Assembly (NCBI GenBank): GCA_050633205.1
Contig: JBOEGA010000050.1
Coordinates: 8,202 to 72,201, forward strand
Direction: 5' to 3'
DNA length: 64,000 nucleotides
Source: Methyloligellaceae bacterium
GTDB taxonomy: Bacteria > Pseudomonadota > Alphaproteobacteria > Rhizobiales > CBDHHC01
Shown: in pieces, positions 51,916 through 62,037 of the stretch
Numbering within the stretch: the stretch's first letter is position 1
How the letters are laid out: each line of letters opens with the position of its first letter
Notes under the pieces: model-generated
Told to the model about the DNA's origin: nothing
Database searches by the model: none
The model's input: only the letters and a program-made list of their open reading frames with translations
Made by a program: the position numbers and the translations under genes

Positions 51916-53712
51916 ATGGGCATGAAAGACAATACGGGCATCAGTGGGGCGCACCCTCATTATCCGAATTTCTCGAATAATGAGCCTTTGGCGCAGAATA
52001 AAGCGATAAAACTCCTTATTATCGAAGATAATGAGGCCGATCAGGTTATATTGGACCGCTTCATCGCGACGATAACTGATTTGAAGTTTGAAATAGAAAC
52101 AGCCCAAACGCTTAGTCACGCGAAGTCCATACTGTCAAAGGGCGGTTTTGATATTATTCTTCTTGATTTTTACTTACCGGATGGTCAGGCACCGGAGTTT
52201 ATCAGGGAGATGAGCCGTATTATTGAGACTCCTTTTATAGTTCTGACCGGACGCAAAGATGCTGAGGTCGAAAAGGAAATTCTTGATTCAGGCGCTACTG
52301 ACTTTATTCCAAAAAGCGAACTGAACCAGACACTGCTTGCACGTGTTATCAAGTTCAGCCTTGAGCGCAGCAAAGCCTATAATATTCTCAAAGAGCAAAC
52401 CATTCGTGATCCCCTGACAGGACTATACAACAGAATGGGTATGGAAAAACTTCTTGCCCAGACACTATCTGAAGCAGCATTGAGCAAAAAACCATTTGCT
52501 CTGCTCCTGATCGATATCGACAAGTTTAAATCTATCAATGACACATATGGCCATGGTGTGGGAGACAGCATTCTCAAGCTTGTATCTGAAATGCTGGCCA
52601 GCTCAACACGCAGTTCACGAAATACCGACTTTGCGATCCGTGTGGGTGGAGACGAGTTTGCTTTAATTACAACTGCACTTAATGATATTGACAATGTAAA
52701 CCTGATTATCAACCGGCTTACTGAAAAGCTTGCAGGTGTATTTGAGGTTGATGGATATGAAGTTTCCGTATCAATGAGCATTGGTATTGCAGTCTACCCA
52801 AGTGATGGGACAACGCAGAAAGAATTAATGACCAATGCCGACTTCTCCCTTTATCGTGCAAAGGCCAAGACAGGAACAACATTTGAGTTCTTTGATAAAG
52901 GCATGCATGAGAAAGTGCAGAAGCGATACTTTATCGAGAACAGTCTGGACCTTGCAATAAAGGAGGAGCAGTTTGTTCTCTATTATCAGCCGAAATATTA
53001 CACTGAGGATACTGCCCTAAACGGGTTTGAAGCCCTGATACGCTGGAATCATCCTCAAAGAGGCATGATCTGGCCGCGAGAGTTTATTCATATTACAGAA
53101 GAAACCGGACATATTCTAAAAATAGGAGAATGGGTTCTACGGGAAGCCTGCAGACAATGTGTTGCATGGCAGAAGAAGACATCACAACCAATTACAATGG
53201 CTGTGAATGTATCTGTAAGGCAGTTGCTTCATAACTCTTTTCTGGAAACGGTATGCGATATACTGACTGAAACCGGCATGCCGCCGGAAAGTCTTGAACT
53301 GGAAATAACCGAGAGCATGGTCATTCAGAATCTCCATCAAAGTAATATGATTCTGCAAAAGCTTCGCAAAATGAAAGTTGCCATATCACTGGATGACTTT
53401 GGAACTGGTTACTCCTCATTAGCGAGATTAAGAACTCTTCCTATAAACAAGCTTAAAATGGATCGCTCTCTTATCCGTAAAGTGGGCAAAAACCGGTTTG
53501 ATACAGCAATTGCACGGACAGTATTATCACTGGCCAAAAACCTGAAAATCTCGGCGGTAGCAGAAGGTGTAGAGACTGAAGAGCAGTATCGCTTCCTTAA
53601 AAATGCTAACTGTAAAGAAGTACAGGGTTATTTTTTCTCAAGACCATTACCTGCTTCTGAAATAGAAAATACAGTTATAAACGCCCCTGCGGCCAAAATT
53701 TCCAGTACTTAA
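51916..53712 (+). CDS. Response regulator with REC-GGDEF-EAL architecture (c-di-GMP turnover)
   Basis: Receiver region DIILLDFYLPDG, an intact GGDEF motif (RVGGDEFAL) and an EAL motif (FEALIRW). Confidence 0.9.
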   Translation: MGMKDNTGISGAHPHYPNFSNNEPLAQNKAIKLLIIEDNEADQVILDRFIATITDLKFEIETAQTLSHAKSILSKGGFDIILLDFYLPDGQAPEFIREMSRIIETPFIVLTGRKDAEVEKEILDSGATDFIPKSELNQTLLARVIKFSLERSKAYNILKEQTIRDPLTGLYNRMGMEKLLAQTLSEAALSKKPFALLLIDIDKFKSINDTYGHGVGDSILKLVSEMLASSTRSSRNTDFAIRVGGDEFALITTALNDIDNVNLIINRLTEKLAGVFEVDGYEVSVSMSIGIAVYPSDGTTQKELMTNADFSLYRAKAKTGTTFEFFDKGMHEKVQKRYFIENSLDLAIKEEQFVLYYQPKYYTEDTALNGFEALIRWNHPQRGMIWPREFIHITEETGHILKIGEWVLREACRQCVAWQKKTSQPITMAVNVSVRQLLHNSFLETVCDILTETGMPPESLELEITESMVIQNLHQSNMILQKLRKMKVAISLDDFGTGYSSLARLRTLPINKLKMDRSLIRKVGKNRFDTAIARTVLSLAKNLKISAVAEGVETEEQYRFLKNANCKEVQGYFFSRPLPASEIENTVINAPAAKISST

Positions 53713-53826
53713 AAGTAAAAAATCCATAAATTATGATAATTCACGGAGATACAAAAGGTTTTATCAAACTTTATAGTGTTTAATATGCAGGAACCTGATT
53801 GTTAACAGAAAAATAACCTCAGAATA

Positions 53827-56800
53827 ATGCATTCTTATTTAATTAAAACGCTGCTTATAGCACTTGCATACTATATATCCGGTAGCTTGTCGTTGCTGTT
53901 AGCTATTCCCCCCGGTTTTGCTGCTCCTGTATGGCCTGCAGCCGGTATAGCTTTGGCGGCTATTCTGCTTTGGGGGTACAGGTTCCTCCCGGCCGTCTTT
54001 ATTGGTTCTTTTTGTACTAACCTGTTTATTGCCTCAAACTCGGGTGCAAATGTTGTTGAGTTACTCCCTCTTATTGTATCCAGCAGTATTGCTGTCGGTG
54101 CAACCCTGCAGGCAGCCCTCAGTGCTTTTCTTGTTAACCGAGCAATAACAATTCCTAATCGCCTGGAACAGGAACTGGATGTCCTGAAAATAATATTGCT
54201 TGGTGGTTTAATTGGCTGCCTGGTTAACTCTCTTATTGGAACTCTTGTATTGTTCGGTGCCGGGTTTATTTCCAGCGATGCATTTCTAATAGGCTGGCTC
54301 ACCTGGTGGGTCGGGGATTCTATCGGGGTAATACTTGTTACCCCAATAATTATTATGCTCTCTTCCGGGGGGGTTTCTGTATCAAGAAAATATCTGGTGG
54401 CACTTCCGATTACTCTGGTATTTGTTCTCGTTGTGGGGGTATTTCACAGTGCCAGAGAAAGTGAACAAAAAGCAACGATTGATACATTTACCAAACTAAC
54501 ACTTTATCCTGCGGATCTTATTCGCAATCAATTCACTGTCTTCAGAGAGGCTCTGAGCTCTATCAAAAATTTTCATCAGGCATCCCAGAAAGTTGATAAA
54601 GATGAGTTTGCAATTTTTGTTGATGACAAGTTGAAAGAAAACCCGGAGATTTCTTCTTTAATGTGGGTTCCCCGCGTTAAAAAAAATGAAATACAAACGT
54701 TCGAAGCGAATGCTGTTAAAGATGGCCTGGAAAACTTTACTATATGGGAGGGTTCTCCCGGTAGTAAAACAAGCCCCAGGGACAGTGATGAATATTACCC
54801 TGTTCACTATTCTCTATCCCTTAAAAATAATAAAGAAATATTAGGGTTAAACCTTGGTGCCAATCCGGCTTTTTTAAATGCTTTCCGAGAAGCCCGGGAT
54901 AATGGTAAGCAGGCTGTCATTGAGCTTAATAATATTTTTCCGAAGGGCAGCATATTGCTCTATCAGCCAATATACAAAAATGGTGTAGCACTTGAAACTA
55001 CTCCTCACCGCAAAGCAGCCTTTACAGGCGGGGTTCTTATTAACTTCGACATTGCACGGCTCATTGAAAAACGGGATGTAGGTTACAAAAAGAACCACTA
55101 CAATATTCATATACTGGAGAAATCTTCCGAGGGCAAAAAGCTAACTCGCCATGGAAGCAAGGCAAATCCTCCGGCTTTCTCTCATGAAGCTTCCTTTACA
55201 GTCTCCGGAAAAGAGTGGGTTATTGTCTTTACCCCTACTTCAAAGTTTTTTACAGATCACCAAGGCTGGCTATCCTGGCTTGTACTTGTCGGGGGGTTAC
55301 TATTTACGAGCCTGCTCCAGATATTCCTGCTCAGCCTTACTGCCAGGACTGAAGTTGTTCAACGGCTGGTAAAAACGAAAACAAATGCCCTAGCACATAG
55401 TGAGGAACAATTTCGTTCAGCAATGCAGTACTCTGCGGTTGGCATGTCGCTTGTATCTACGGGCGGGCACTGGATAAAAGTGAATAAGGCTCTCTGTGAA
55501 ATAGTCGGATATACCCACAGTGAGTTGCTGGAGATGGAATATAACTCCCTCATCTACCCTGATGACATGGATGAAAACCAATCTTTGCTTAATCAATTAC
55601 TGAATGGAGAGATCGAGACTTTCCAACTGGAACACCGTATCGTACACAAGAAGGGGCACAGTGTATGGATTTCGGCCAGTATATCCGCAGTCTGGGACAA
55701 AGCAAAAAAGCCAAAATATTTTATCTGTCAGACGCGGAATATTTCCGAGCGAAAGAAAGCCGAAGAGGAACGTGAAGAACTCAGTAAAACACTCAGCCTG
55801 ATCCTGGACAATGCAGGCGAAGGTATTTACGGACTGGATCTGGATGGTAATACAACTTTTACCAACAAGACTGCGTTGAAAATGGTTGGTTACACCCTTG
55901 AGGAAATGCTGAATGTATCTCAACATAAACTGATACATCATCATTATCCGGACGGGACCCCCTACCCCAGAGAAGATTGCAATATTTATGCTGCCTTTAA
56001 AGATGGCAATACCAGAACAGAAGACAAGGAAGTTTTCTGGCACAAGAATGGAACAGCTATTCCAGTAGAATATACCAGCTCTCCTATCCTTGATGAGAAA
56101 GATAATATCAGCGGGGCAGTTGTTGTCTTCAAGGATATCTCTGAAAGACGAGAAGCGGAAAAAGCACTGAATGAATACCATCAATTCCAGGACCTGATCA
56201 TGAAGACTGTTCCGGGAATGGTTTTTGTTAAAGATGACGAGTTTAAAATTATTCAGGCCAATGAAGAATTTATTAATGTATATCCGCCTGAGCAGAGGGA
56301 CCGGGTGATAGGATATACAACACTGGAATCCTATGATCCCAAAGATGCAGAAGAGTTCCTCAAAAATGATATACAGGCTCTTGAAGAAGGGTATTCTGAA
56401 GTTGAAGAAACACTAACTTTTCCGGATGGAGCAGTAAGGACGCTGCTTACAAAAAAAGTACGATTTACGAATGCTGATAATAAAAGATATATTCTGGGTC
56501 ATGCGTATGACATTACAGAGCTTCGACAAAAAGACCAAAAACTATCTGCCAGCGAAGCCAAGCACAGGGCTGTGCTTGAAAATACAGTCGATGGATTGAT
56601 TACAGTTACATCCAGAGGCATTATTGAAGGCTTTAACCCTGCTTCCGAGAAGATTTTTGGCTATACAGCCAAAGAAGTCACAGGCCGCAATATAAAAATT
56701 CTTATGCCCTCTCCGGACAGAGAGCAACATGATCAATATCTCAAAGATTACGAAAATACGGGTCAGAAAAAAATCATCGGCATCAGTCGCGAAGTCACGG

Positions 56801-57630
56801 CTTTGCGAAAGGATGGAACCGAGTTTCCGATTGAACTGTCTATCAGTGAAATAAATCTGGACGGACAGGTTTTATACAGCGGCATTGTCAGGGATATAAC
56901 CGAGCGCAAACATGCTGAAGAAGAACTGACAAGATCGAACCTTGAGCTTGAGCGCTTTGCCTATATCGCATCTCATGATCTCCAGGAACCATTGAGAATG
57001 GTATCATCATTTACCAATCTTATTCAGGAAGAATATCACGAAAAGCTTGATGATAAAGCTCAGAAATATATGGGCTTTATAGCGAATGCCTCACAAAGAA
57101 TGCAGGACCTTGTAAGAGACCTTCTTGATTATTCCCGCGCTGACCAGTCTGTTCCAAAGTTTGAAAATATTGAGTGCAATCATCTTGTTAAAACAGTTCT
57201 GGAAGCACTCGCAGAAGTTATTGAGGAAACAAAGGCAGAAGTGACTTTCGACCCTATGCCGGAAGTTTACAGTAACCCAATCAGGATTTCCCGGTTACTC
57301 CAGAATATAATAGGAAACGCAATTAAATATAAGCGTGAGGGAGTTTCCCCCAGAATACATGTTGGAGTAGAGGACAAACAGGAATGCTGGACGTTCTCTG
57401 TCTCTGATAATGGTATTGGGATAAAGCCGGAATATTTAGATCAGGTGTTTGTGTTGTTCAAGCGCCTACATAATAAAGATGAGTATGCCGGCACCGGGAT
57501 CGGACTGGCTATATGTAAGAAAATTGTAGAAAGTATTGGTGGAAAAATCTGGATTGAATCAGAGTTTGGTTCCGGAAGCACCTTTTACTTTAACATACTG
57601 AAAAGTGAACCAGGAAAGGAAGCAGCATGA
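53827..57630 (+). CDS. Hybrid-sensor histidine kinase: MASE1 - CHASE - 4x PAS - HisKA - HATPase_c
   Basis: 1267 aa. MASE1-like N-terminal TM bundle and a periplasmic CHASE-like segment (..LMWVPRV..YYPVHY..). Four PAS modules each end in ..DI(S/T)ERK-type linkers. H-box is FAYIASHDLQEPLR. G-boxes are DNGIGI and GTGIGLA. Confidence 0.9.
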   Translation: MHSYLIKTLLIALAYYISGSLSLLLAIPPGFAAPVWPAAGIALAAILLWGYRFLPAVFIGSFCTNLFIASNSGANVVELLPLIVSSSIAVGATLQAALSAFLVNRAITIPNRLEQELDVLKIILLGGLIGCLVNSLIGTLVLFGAGFISSDAFLIGWLTWWVGDSIGVILVTPIIIMLSSGGVSVSRKYLVALPITLVFVLVVGVFHSARESEQKATIDTFTKLTLYPADLIRNQFTVFREALSSIKNFHQASQKVDKDEFAIFVDDKLKENPEISSLMWVPRVKKNEIQTFEANAVKDGLENFTIWEGSPGSKTSPRDSDEYYPVHYSLSLKNNKEILGLNLGANPAFLNAFREARDNGKQAVIELNNIFPKGSILLYQPIYKNGVALETTPHRKAAFTGGVLINFDIARLIEKRDVGYKKNHYNIHILEKSSEGKKLTRHGSKANPPAFSHEASFTVSGKEWVIVFTPTSKFFTDHQGWLSWLVLVGGLLFTSLLQIFLLSLTARTEVVQRLVKTKTNALAHSEEQFRSAMQYSAVGMSLVSTGGHWIKVNKALCEIVGYTHSELLEMEYNSLIYPDDMDENQSLLNQLLNGEIETFQLEHRIVHKKGHSVWISASISAVWDKAKKPKYFICQTRNISERKKAEEEREELSKTLSLILDNAGEGIYGLDLDGNTTFTNKTALKMVGYTLEEMLNVSQHKLIHHHYPDGTPYPREDCNIYAAFKDGNTRTEDKEVFWHKNGTAIPVEYTSSPILDEKDNISGAVVVFKDISERREAEKALNEYHQFQDLIMKTVPGMVFVKDDEFKIIQANEEFINVYPPEQRDRVIGYTTLESYDPKDAEEFLKNDIQALEEGYSEVEETLTFPDGAVRTLLTKKVRFTNADNKRYILGHAYDITELRQKDQKLSASEAKHRAVLENTVDGLITVTSRGIIEGFNPASEKIFGYTAKEVTGRNIKILMPSPDREQHDQYLKDYENTGQKKIIGISREVTALRKDGTEFPIELSISEINLDGQVLYSGIVRDITERKHAEEELTRSNLELERFAYIASHDLQEPLRMVSSFTNLIQEEYHEKLDDKAQKYMGFIANASQRMQDLVRDLLDYSRADQSVPKFENIECNHLVKTVLEALAEVIEETKAEVTFDPMPEVYSNPIRISRLLQNIIGNAIKYKREGVSPRIHVGVEDKQECWTFSVSDNGIGIKPEYLDQVFVLFKRLHNKDEYAGTGIGLAICKKIVESIGGKIWIESEFGSGSTFYFNILKSEPGKEAA

Positions 57631-58070
57631 CGGAAGTGCAGGCCAGAGCAGTTGAAATCCTGTTAGTTGAGGATAATGACGGGGATGTTTTCCTGACAAA
57701 GAAAGCATTTGAAACGGCAAAAATAGCAAATAATTTTCATGTGGCGATGGATGGAGAAATTGCTCTTGCCATGCTTCGAAATGAAGGTGAATATGCCGAC
57801 ATCCCACGACCAGATCTTATTCTTCTGGATATTAACCTGCCAAAGAAAGACGGCCGCGCAGTGCTTTCAGAAATTCGTGATGATGAGGAACTTCGCCGTA
57901 TTCCAATCGTAATACTGAGCAGTTCATCTACGGAACAGGATGTCCTTAAATCATATGATTTACATGCTAACAGCTATATCGTGAAACCAATAAATCTAAA
58001 CAGCTTTCAAAATATTGTATCTGCAATTGAAAATTTCTGGTTTAACCTTGTTGTGCTGCCTCAAAGGTAA
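57627..58070 (+). CDS. Single-domain response regulator (Rcp1-like)
   Basis: 147 aa. Motifs ILLVEDNDGDVFL, LILLDINLPKKDG and SYIVKP. ATGA overlap with the kinase stop. Confidence 0.9.
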   Translation: MTEVQARAVEILLVEDNDGDVFLTKKAFETAKIANNFHVAMDGEIALAMLRNEGEYADIPRPDLILLDINLPKKDGRAVLSEIRDDEELRRIPIVILSSSSTEQDVLKSYDLHANSYIVKPINLNSFQNIVSAIENFWFNLVVLPQR

Positions 58071-58075
58071 TATAT

Positions 58076-58765
58076 ATGACAACAAATATAGAAGATTTAA
58101 GAAAAGAGTATGAGAGTTTTGCGTATATTGTTTCGCACGACCTAAATGCACCTTTGCGCCATGTCAAGCAGTTCAGTGAATTGCTTATGAAGGAACGAAA
58201 AGATACTGCGACCAGTGATGAATTGGTTTACATGAACTTCCTGCACAAGGCTCTTAATGATCTTGAGAATATGCAAAGTGCACTGTTAACATTTTCAAGG
58301 ATCAGTACCAAGGCGGGTCCTATATTAACTTTTGACTGCCAGCCAATGGTGCAGCATATTTCAGAAACAGTGAAACTGAATTATGTAGACAGCAAACCAG
58401 TTATTCACCTGGAGACACTGCCCAAAATTACCGGCGACCAGGACAAGTTAGCAAGTGTGTTTTACAATATCATTGATAATGCACTTAAATTTAATACCAG
58501 CACTCCTAAAGAATGCCGGATATCATGTGAAGAACGTGAAAAGGATTTTCTATTCAAAATAGAAGATAATGGAATCGGAATTCCGGAAGGTCACCACACA
58601 GACGTGTTCCAGATGTTTCGCCGTCTGAATACAAGTGATACCTACCCGGGAACCGGGGCCGGGCTTGCTTTTACAAAAAAGATTATCGAGATTCATAATG
58701 GAGAAGTCTCTATATCTTCAGTGCCAGATCAGGGAACGGTCGTTCAGTTTACTCTTCCCAAATAA
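58076..58765 (+). CDS. Sensor-less histidine kinase core (HisKA + HATPase_c only)
   Basis: 229 aa. The H-box FAYIVSHDLNAPLR begins about 15 aa from the N-terminus. G-boxes are DNGIGI and GTGAGLA. Confidence 0.85.
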   Translation: MTTNIEDLRKEYESFAYIVSHDLNAPLRHVKQFSELLMKERKDTATSDELVYMNFLHKALNDLENMQSALLTFSRISTKAGPILTFDCQPMVQHISETVKLNYVDSKPVIHLETLPKITGDQDKLASVFYNIIDNALKFNTSTPKECRISCEEREKDFLFKIEDNGIGIPEGHHTDVFQMFRRLNTSDTYPGTGAGLAFTKKIIEIHNGEVSISSVPDQGTVVQFTLPK

Positions 58766-58781
58766 AGTAACCAGTCACAGG

Positions 58782-59534
58782 TCAGCTCATTTTTGCGATG
58801 GTGCTCTGAGGGGCTATTCGCATCAGTATCTGCAGATAAGCCCATGGCCATTTGGGAACGTATGAGTTTGCTTTCTCCGCTTCCATTGCCTTGACCATTG
58901 CCTTGCAACCTGTTTCGGTATCAACAATGAATGGAGCGCTTTTAACTTTTTCATTAATTGCGGTTCGAATGAAGCCGGGGTGTATACAGGTTACTTTTAT
59001 AGGTGTGTTGCGAACGTCAATGCGGATACCTTCGGTCAGGGATGTCAGAGCGGCTTTGGTTGCCGCATAGGAAGTCATTGCGCGCTGGAAGCCACGGACT
59101 GCACTGATTGAGGATATGGTTACAAGGTGACCGTTATTCTGCTCACGGAATATCTCCATTGCAGCCTCTGCCTGTGCCAGTGCCGAGATAAAGTTGGTTT
59201 GTGCAGTTTCCTTGTTGGCCCAGAAGTAACCTGTGCCGACTGAAGCGCCTTTTCCCATTCCGGCATTAACAACAATTCTGTCAATCGTTCCCATGTCCTG
59301 TCTGAAGGCCTTAAAAACCTCAAAAACCTGATCATGGTTATTTACATCAAGCTGTCTGATATAGACTTTTATGTCGGAGTTGAGCTCCAGCAGCTCTTTT
59401 CTGACTTCTTCCAGTTGTTCAATTCTGCGGGCGCATAATGCGAGGTCACGGCCCATTTTTGCGAATTCCACAGCCATGCCACGACCCAGGCCTGAACTGG
59501 CCCCGGTAATAAGGATATTTTTTCTTATTGGCAT
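58782..59534 (-). CDS. SDR-family oxidoreductase
   Basis: Motifs TGASSGLGR, NAGMG and YAATKAAL. Confidence 0.85.
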   Translation of the reverse strand: MPIRKNILITGASSGLGRGMAVEFAKMGRDLALCARRIEQLEEVRKELLELNSDIKVYIRQLDVNNHDQVFEVFKAFRQDMGTIDRIVVNAGMGKGASVGTGYFWANKETAQTNFISALAQAEAAMEIFREQNNGHLVTISSISAVRGFQRAMTSYAATKAALTSLTEGIRIDVRNTPIKVTCIHPGFIRTAINEKVKSAPFIVDTETGCKAMVKAMEAEKANSYVPKWPWAYLQILMRIAPQSTIAKMS

Positions 59535-59685
59535 AAGCGATGCTCCTTCGCAGAATTTACTGTATCAGGATAGTTTTATTCTATAGTTGCAAACTATGCC
59601 AATGCTTCGAAGGGATTAGTTACATGTTTTATACAGTGTGCTTTTAATGCCGCGCTATGAACAGCGGCAGCATACCAGCTTATTC

Positions 59686-60216
59686 CTACGCCTGAGGGGT
59701 ATTGATAAACTGGCGGCCAATATCGAGATATTCGGCTAAAAGCTCAAGTATTTCAGTTTGTTCGGTGTCCGGCTCATCCTTATCTGCGGTCGCTACGAGA
59801 TATAACATTGAATAGAGCTGTTTTTTCTCTGAGGTCGTGCAGTTCTTATTAATTACCGGGCTCAGGCAGTTCACAAGGTGCGCAGGATCATCTGCCTTAG
59901 CCTGCAGTCTGATGGCGGCTTCAAATTCATTCTGGGCCTGCTCTCCACGGCTATCAAAAGTCTGATCCATGATAGAGAAAATGGCTTCCTGAACCGGCCT
60001 GCTCAACCCTCTTACACCATGAGCAATGGCTACCATCATTGCAACAGCGGCTTCCTGCGCTGAGAGGTTGCTGAACGGGTCTGAGCCAGAAATATCTGCA
60101 GGTCTGACACGTGGTTCAGGTCTGCGAAAATCGCCCAGCAGCCTATTTCCAGTGCGCAGGATGAGCATATATATGATCCATAACAGAAAAGCTATGATCA
60201 GTAATCGAAGTATCAT
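59686..60216 (-). CDS. Membrane-anchored TerB-like (DjlA N-domain-like) protein
   Basis: 176 aa with an N-terminal TM helix, then a helical domain with an acidic C-terminal pattern reminiscent of TerB. Assignment is tentative. Confidence 0.45.
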   Translation of the reverse strand: MILRLLIIAFLLWIIYMLILRTGNRLLGDFRRPEPRVRPADISGSDPFSNLSAQEAAVAMMVAIAHGVRGLSRPVQEAIFSIMDQTFDSRGEQAQNEFEAAIRLQAKADDPAHLVNCLSPVINKNCTTSEKKQLYSMLYLVATADKDEPDTEQTEILELLAEYLDIGRQFINTPQA

Positions 60217-60501
60217 TGTCGCTATTTAAACTCATAATCAGAAAGCCCTGACATGTATTTTAACAGGGCATATTGTTGTATTAAAGGTCGAGCAGATCAA
60301 CACTCGCACTGACTATATCCCATAGGCCGTCCGGAGACTATGGAAAGCTGACAGTTTATTTTTTTGCATAACGCAAATTCATGTACGAATTATGTGGAAA
60401 GGTGTCATCTTCGTTTTAGACTGCACAGATGATAACACAGGTTAGTGCTATGTTTTTTCTAAGAATCAGTAATATACGTCGGATTACTTCGGGAGAAGAT
60501 T

Positions 60502-61761
60502 ATGTTAAGATTTAAGTTTCTTACAATGCTTGTCCTTGCGCTGAGTTTTGGAATGATATCCACTTTTTCAGCACAGGCAAACCGCATTGAAATAGGTACC
60601 ATGACTTGCCGGGTTGAGGGAAGTTCAGGGTTTATATTTGGGTCCAGCCGTAAGTTGAAATGCACCTATAACCCACTTGGCTCCAGCCCGAGAGAGTTAT
60701 ATGAGGGCGCTATTAAAGAATACGGGATTGACTTCGGGATAACAGGCAAAACGGTTTTTGTATGGGTTGTTCTGGCTGGTAACCGTAATCTACCTGAAGG
60801 TGCATTTAACGGGAAATATACAGGTGTTTCTGCGAAAGCTTCTGTTGGTGCGGGTCTTGGGCTAAAGCTTCTGGTTGGCGGCTCGGATGATACAATTGCC
60901 TTGCAACCTGTCAGTGTGCAGGCGCAGACCGGAGTTAACATTGCCCTGGCAGTGCAGCGTCTTACTCTTAAGTCAGTCGGTTTTGAAGATCAGAAAACCA
61001 CAGAAGTAAAGGCTACTCCTGAAGAAGAAGCACATAAAATGTGTGGTACAACTGTGTATTATGCGCCTGGTGACTCTCTTGGAAATATTGCTTCCCGCTG
61101 CGGTACGACAGTGGATGCGCTACTGGAGACCAACCCTTCGATTAAAAATATCAAAGAAATAAAAATTGGTGAGAAAATCATTGTTCCCAATTACCCTCTG
61201 CCGTCTGCAGGAAGCCGCTGCGGGCTGAATGTCGTGGCTGAAGAAGGTGATACCTACAGAAAGATAGCCCAGCGCTGTCAGGTTTCTCTCGGGGCACTTG
61301 TCAATGAAAATCCGAAGCGCCAGTTTAATGTTCCTATTCGTGCGGGAGACAAGATCAGCATTCCGGCCTACCCTACTCCGCTGGCAAGACGCTCCTGTGG
61401 TGAATCTGTGCGTCTGAGCGGCAAGGGAACCCATTTCTCAACGCTGGATGATATCGCAGAAATATGCGGTACTACTGTCGATGGACTGCTCAATGTTAAT
61501 CCGGAGATCAAGAATGTCCGCTTTATCAAGAAGGGGCAGAAAATAAAAATCCCGCAAATCGCAATGCCTGTTGTTCAGAATATCTGTGGCTCACATACGA
61601 TTGCCCGTAAAGGCGAGACAATCTATACAATCGCATTCAGATGTAAAACCACTCCAGGAGCGATTATTGACCTTAATGAACGCCTTGGAGAACTGGATCA
61701 GATCCCTGAGGGGCAGACGATCAGGATTGCAAGATCGACAATTCCAATGAAACAAAAATAG
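60502..61761 (+). CDS. Secreted DUF992-domain protein fused to four LysM repeats
   Basis: Signal peptide ..TFSAQA. DUF992-like core (GTMTCRVEGSSGFIFGSSRKLKCTY..GIDFGITGK..). Four LysM-like units of about 55-60 aa follow (61042-61740). Each carries a Cys pair, for example CGTT..ASRCGTTVDALLETNP. Confidence 0.7.
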   Translation: MLRFKFLTMLVLALSFGMISTFSAQANRIEIGTMTCRVEGSSGFIFGSSRKLKCTYNPLGSSPRELYEGAIKEYGIDFGITGKTVFVWVVLAGNRNLPEGAFNGKYTGVSAKASVGAGLGLKLLVGGSDDTIALQPVSVQAQTGVNIALAVQRLTLKSVGFEDQKTTEVKATPEEEAHKMCGTTVYYAPGDSLGNIASRCGTTVDALLETNPSIKNIKEIKIGEKIIVPNYPLPSAGSRCGLNVVAEEGDTYRKIAQRCQVSLGALVNENPKRQFNVPIRAGDKISIPAYPTPLARRSCGESVRLSGKGTHFSTLDDIAEICGTTVDGLLNVNPEIKNVRFIKKGQKIKIPQIAMPVVQNICGSHTIARKGETIYTIAFRCKTTPGAIIDLNERLGELDQIPEGQTIRIARSTIPMKQK

Positions 61762-61768
61762 ACATAAA

Positions 61769-61805
61769 GGGGCGCTGTATAACTTTATGGCAGCGCCCAT
61801 CTTTT
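61769..61805 (+). terminator. Rho-independent terminator
   Basis: Stem GGGCGCTG/CAGCGCCC with a 13-nt loop, followed by ATCTTTT. Confidence 0.7.
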
Positions 61806-62037
61806 CATCCCCCTTTGGCAAAACAACTCCCCTCGACACTTCATTCAAAAGTCTTACAGATAGTTATAAATACCTCTTCTTCACGTTAACGTTCCTGCAA
61901 ATTCAAGCAATTATCGGGAAGATTTTCTTATCTTTTATTGAGACAACATGATATTCACGTTGATTTATTGTAATCGGGCGATTTAAGATCGTGCGGAGAA
62001 TAACAGGTCTGAGAACAAAACCAGCGAAATAATTATC

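Noticed and set aside
55597-56184. 195-aa minus-strand ORF inside the PAS region of the large kinase
   Set aside because: It is a shadow ORF opposite clearly recognisable PAS modules.
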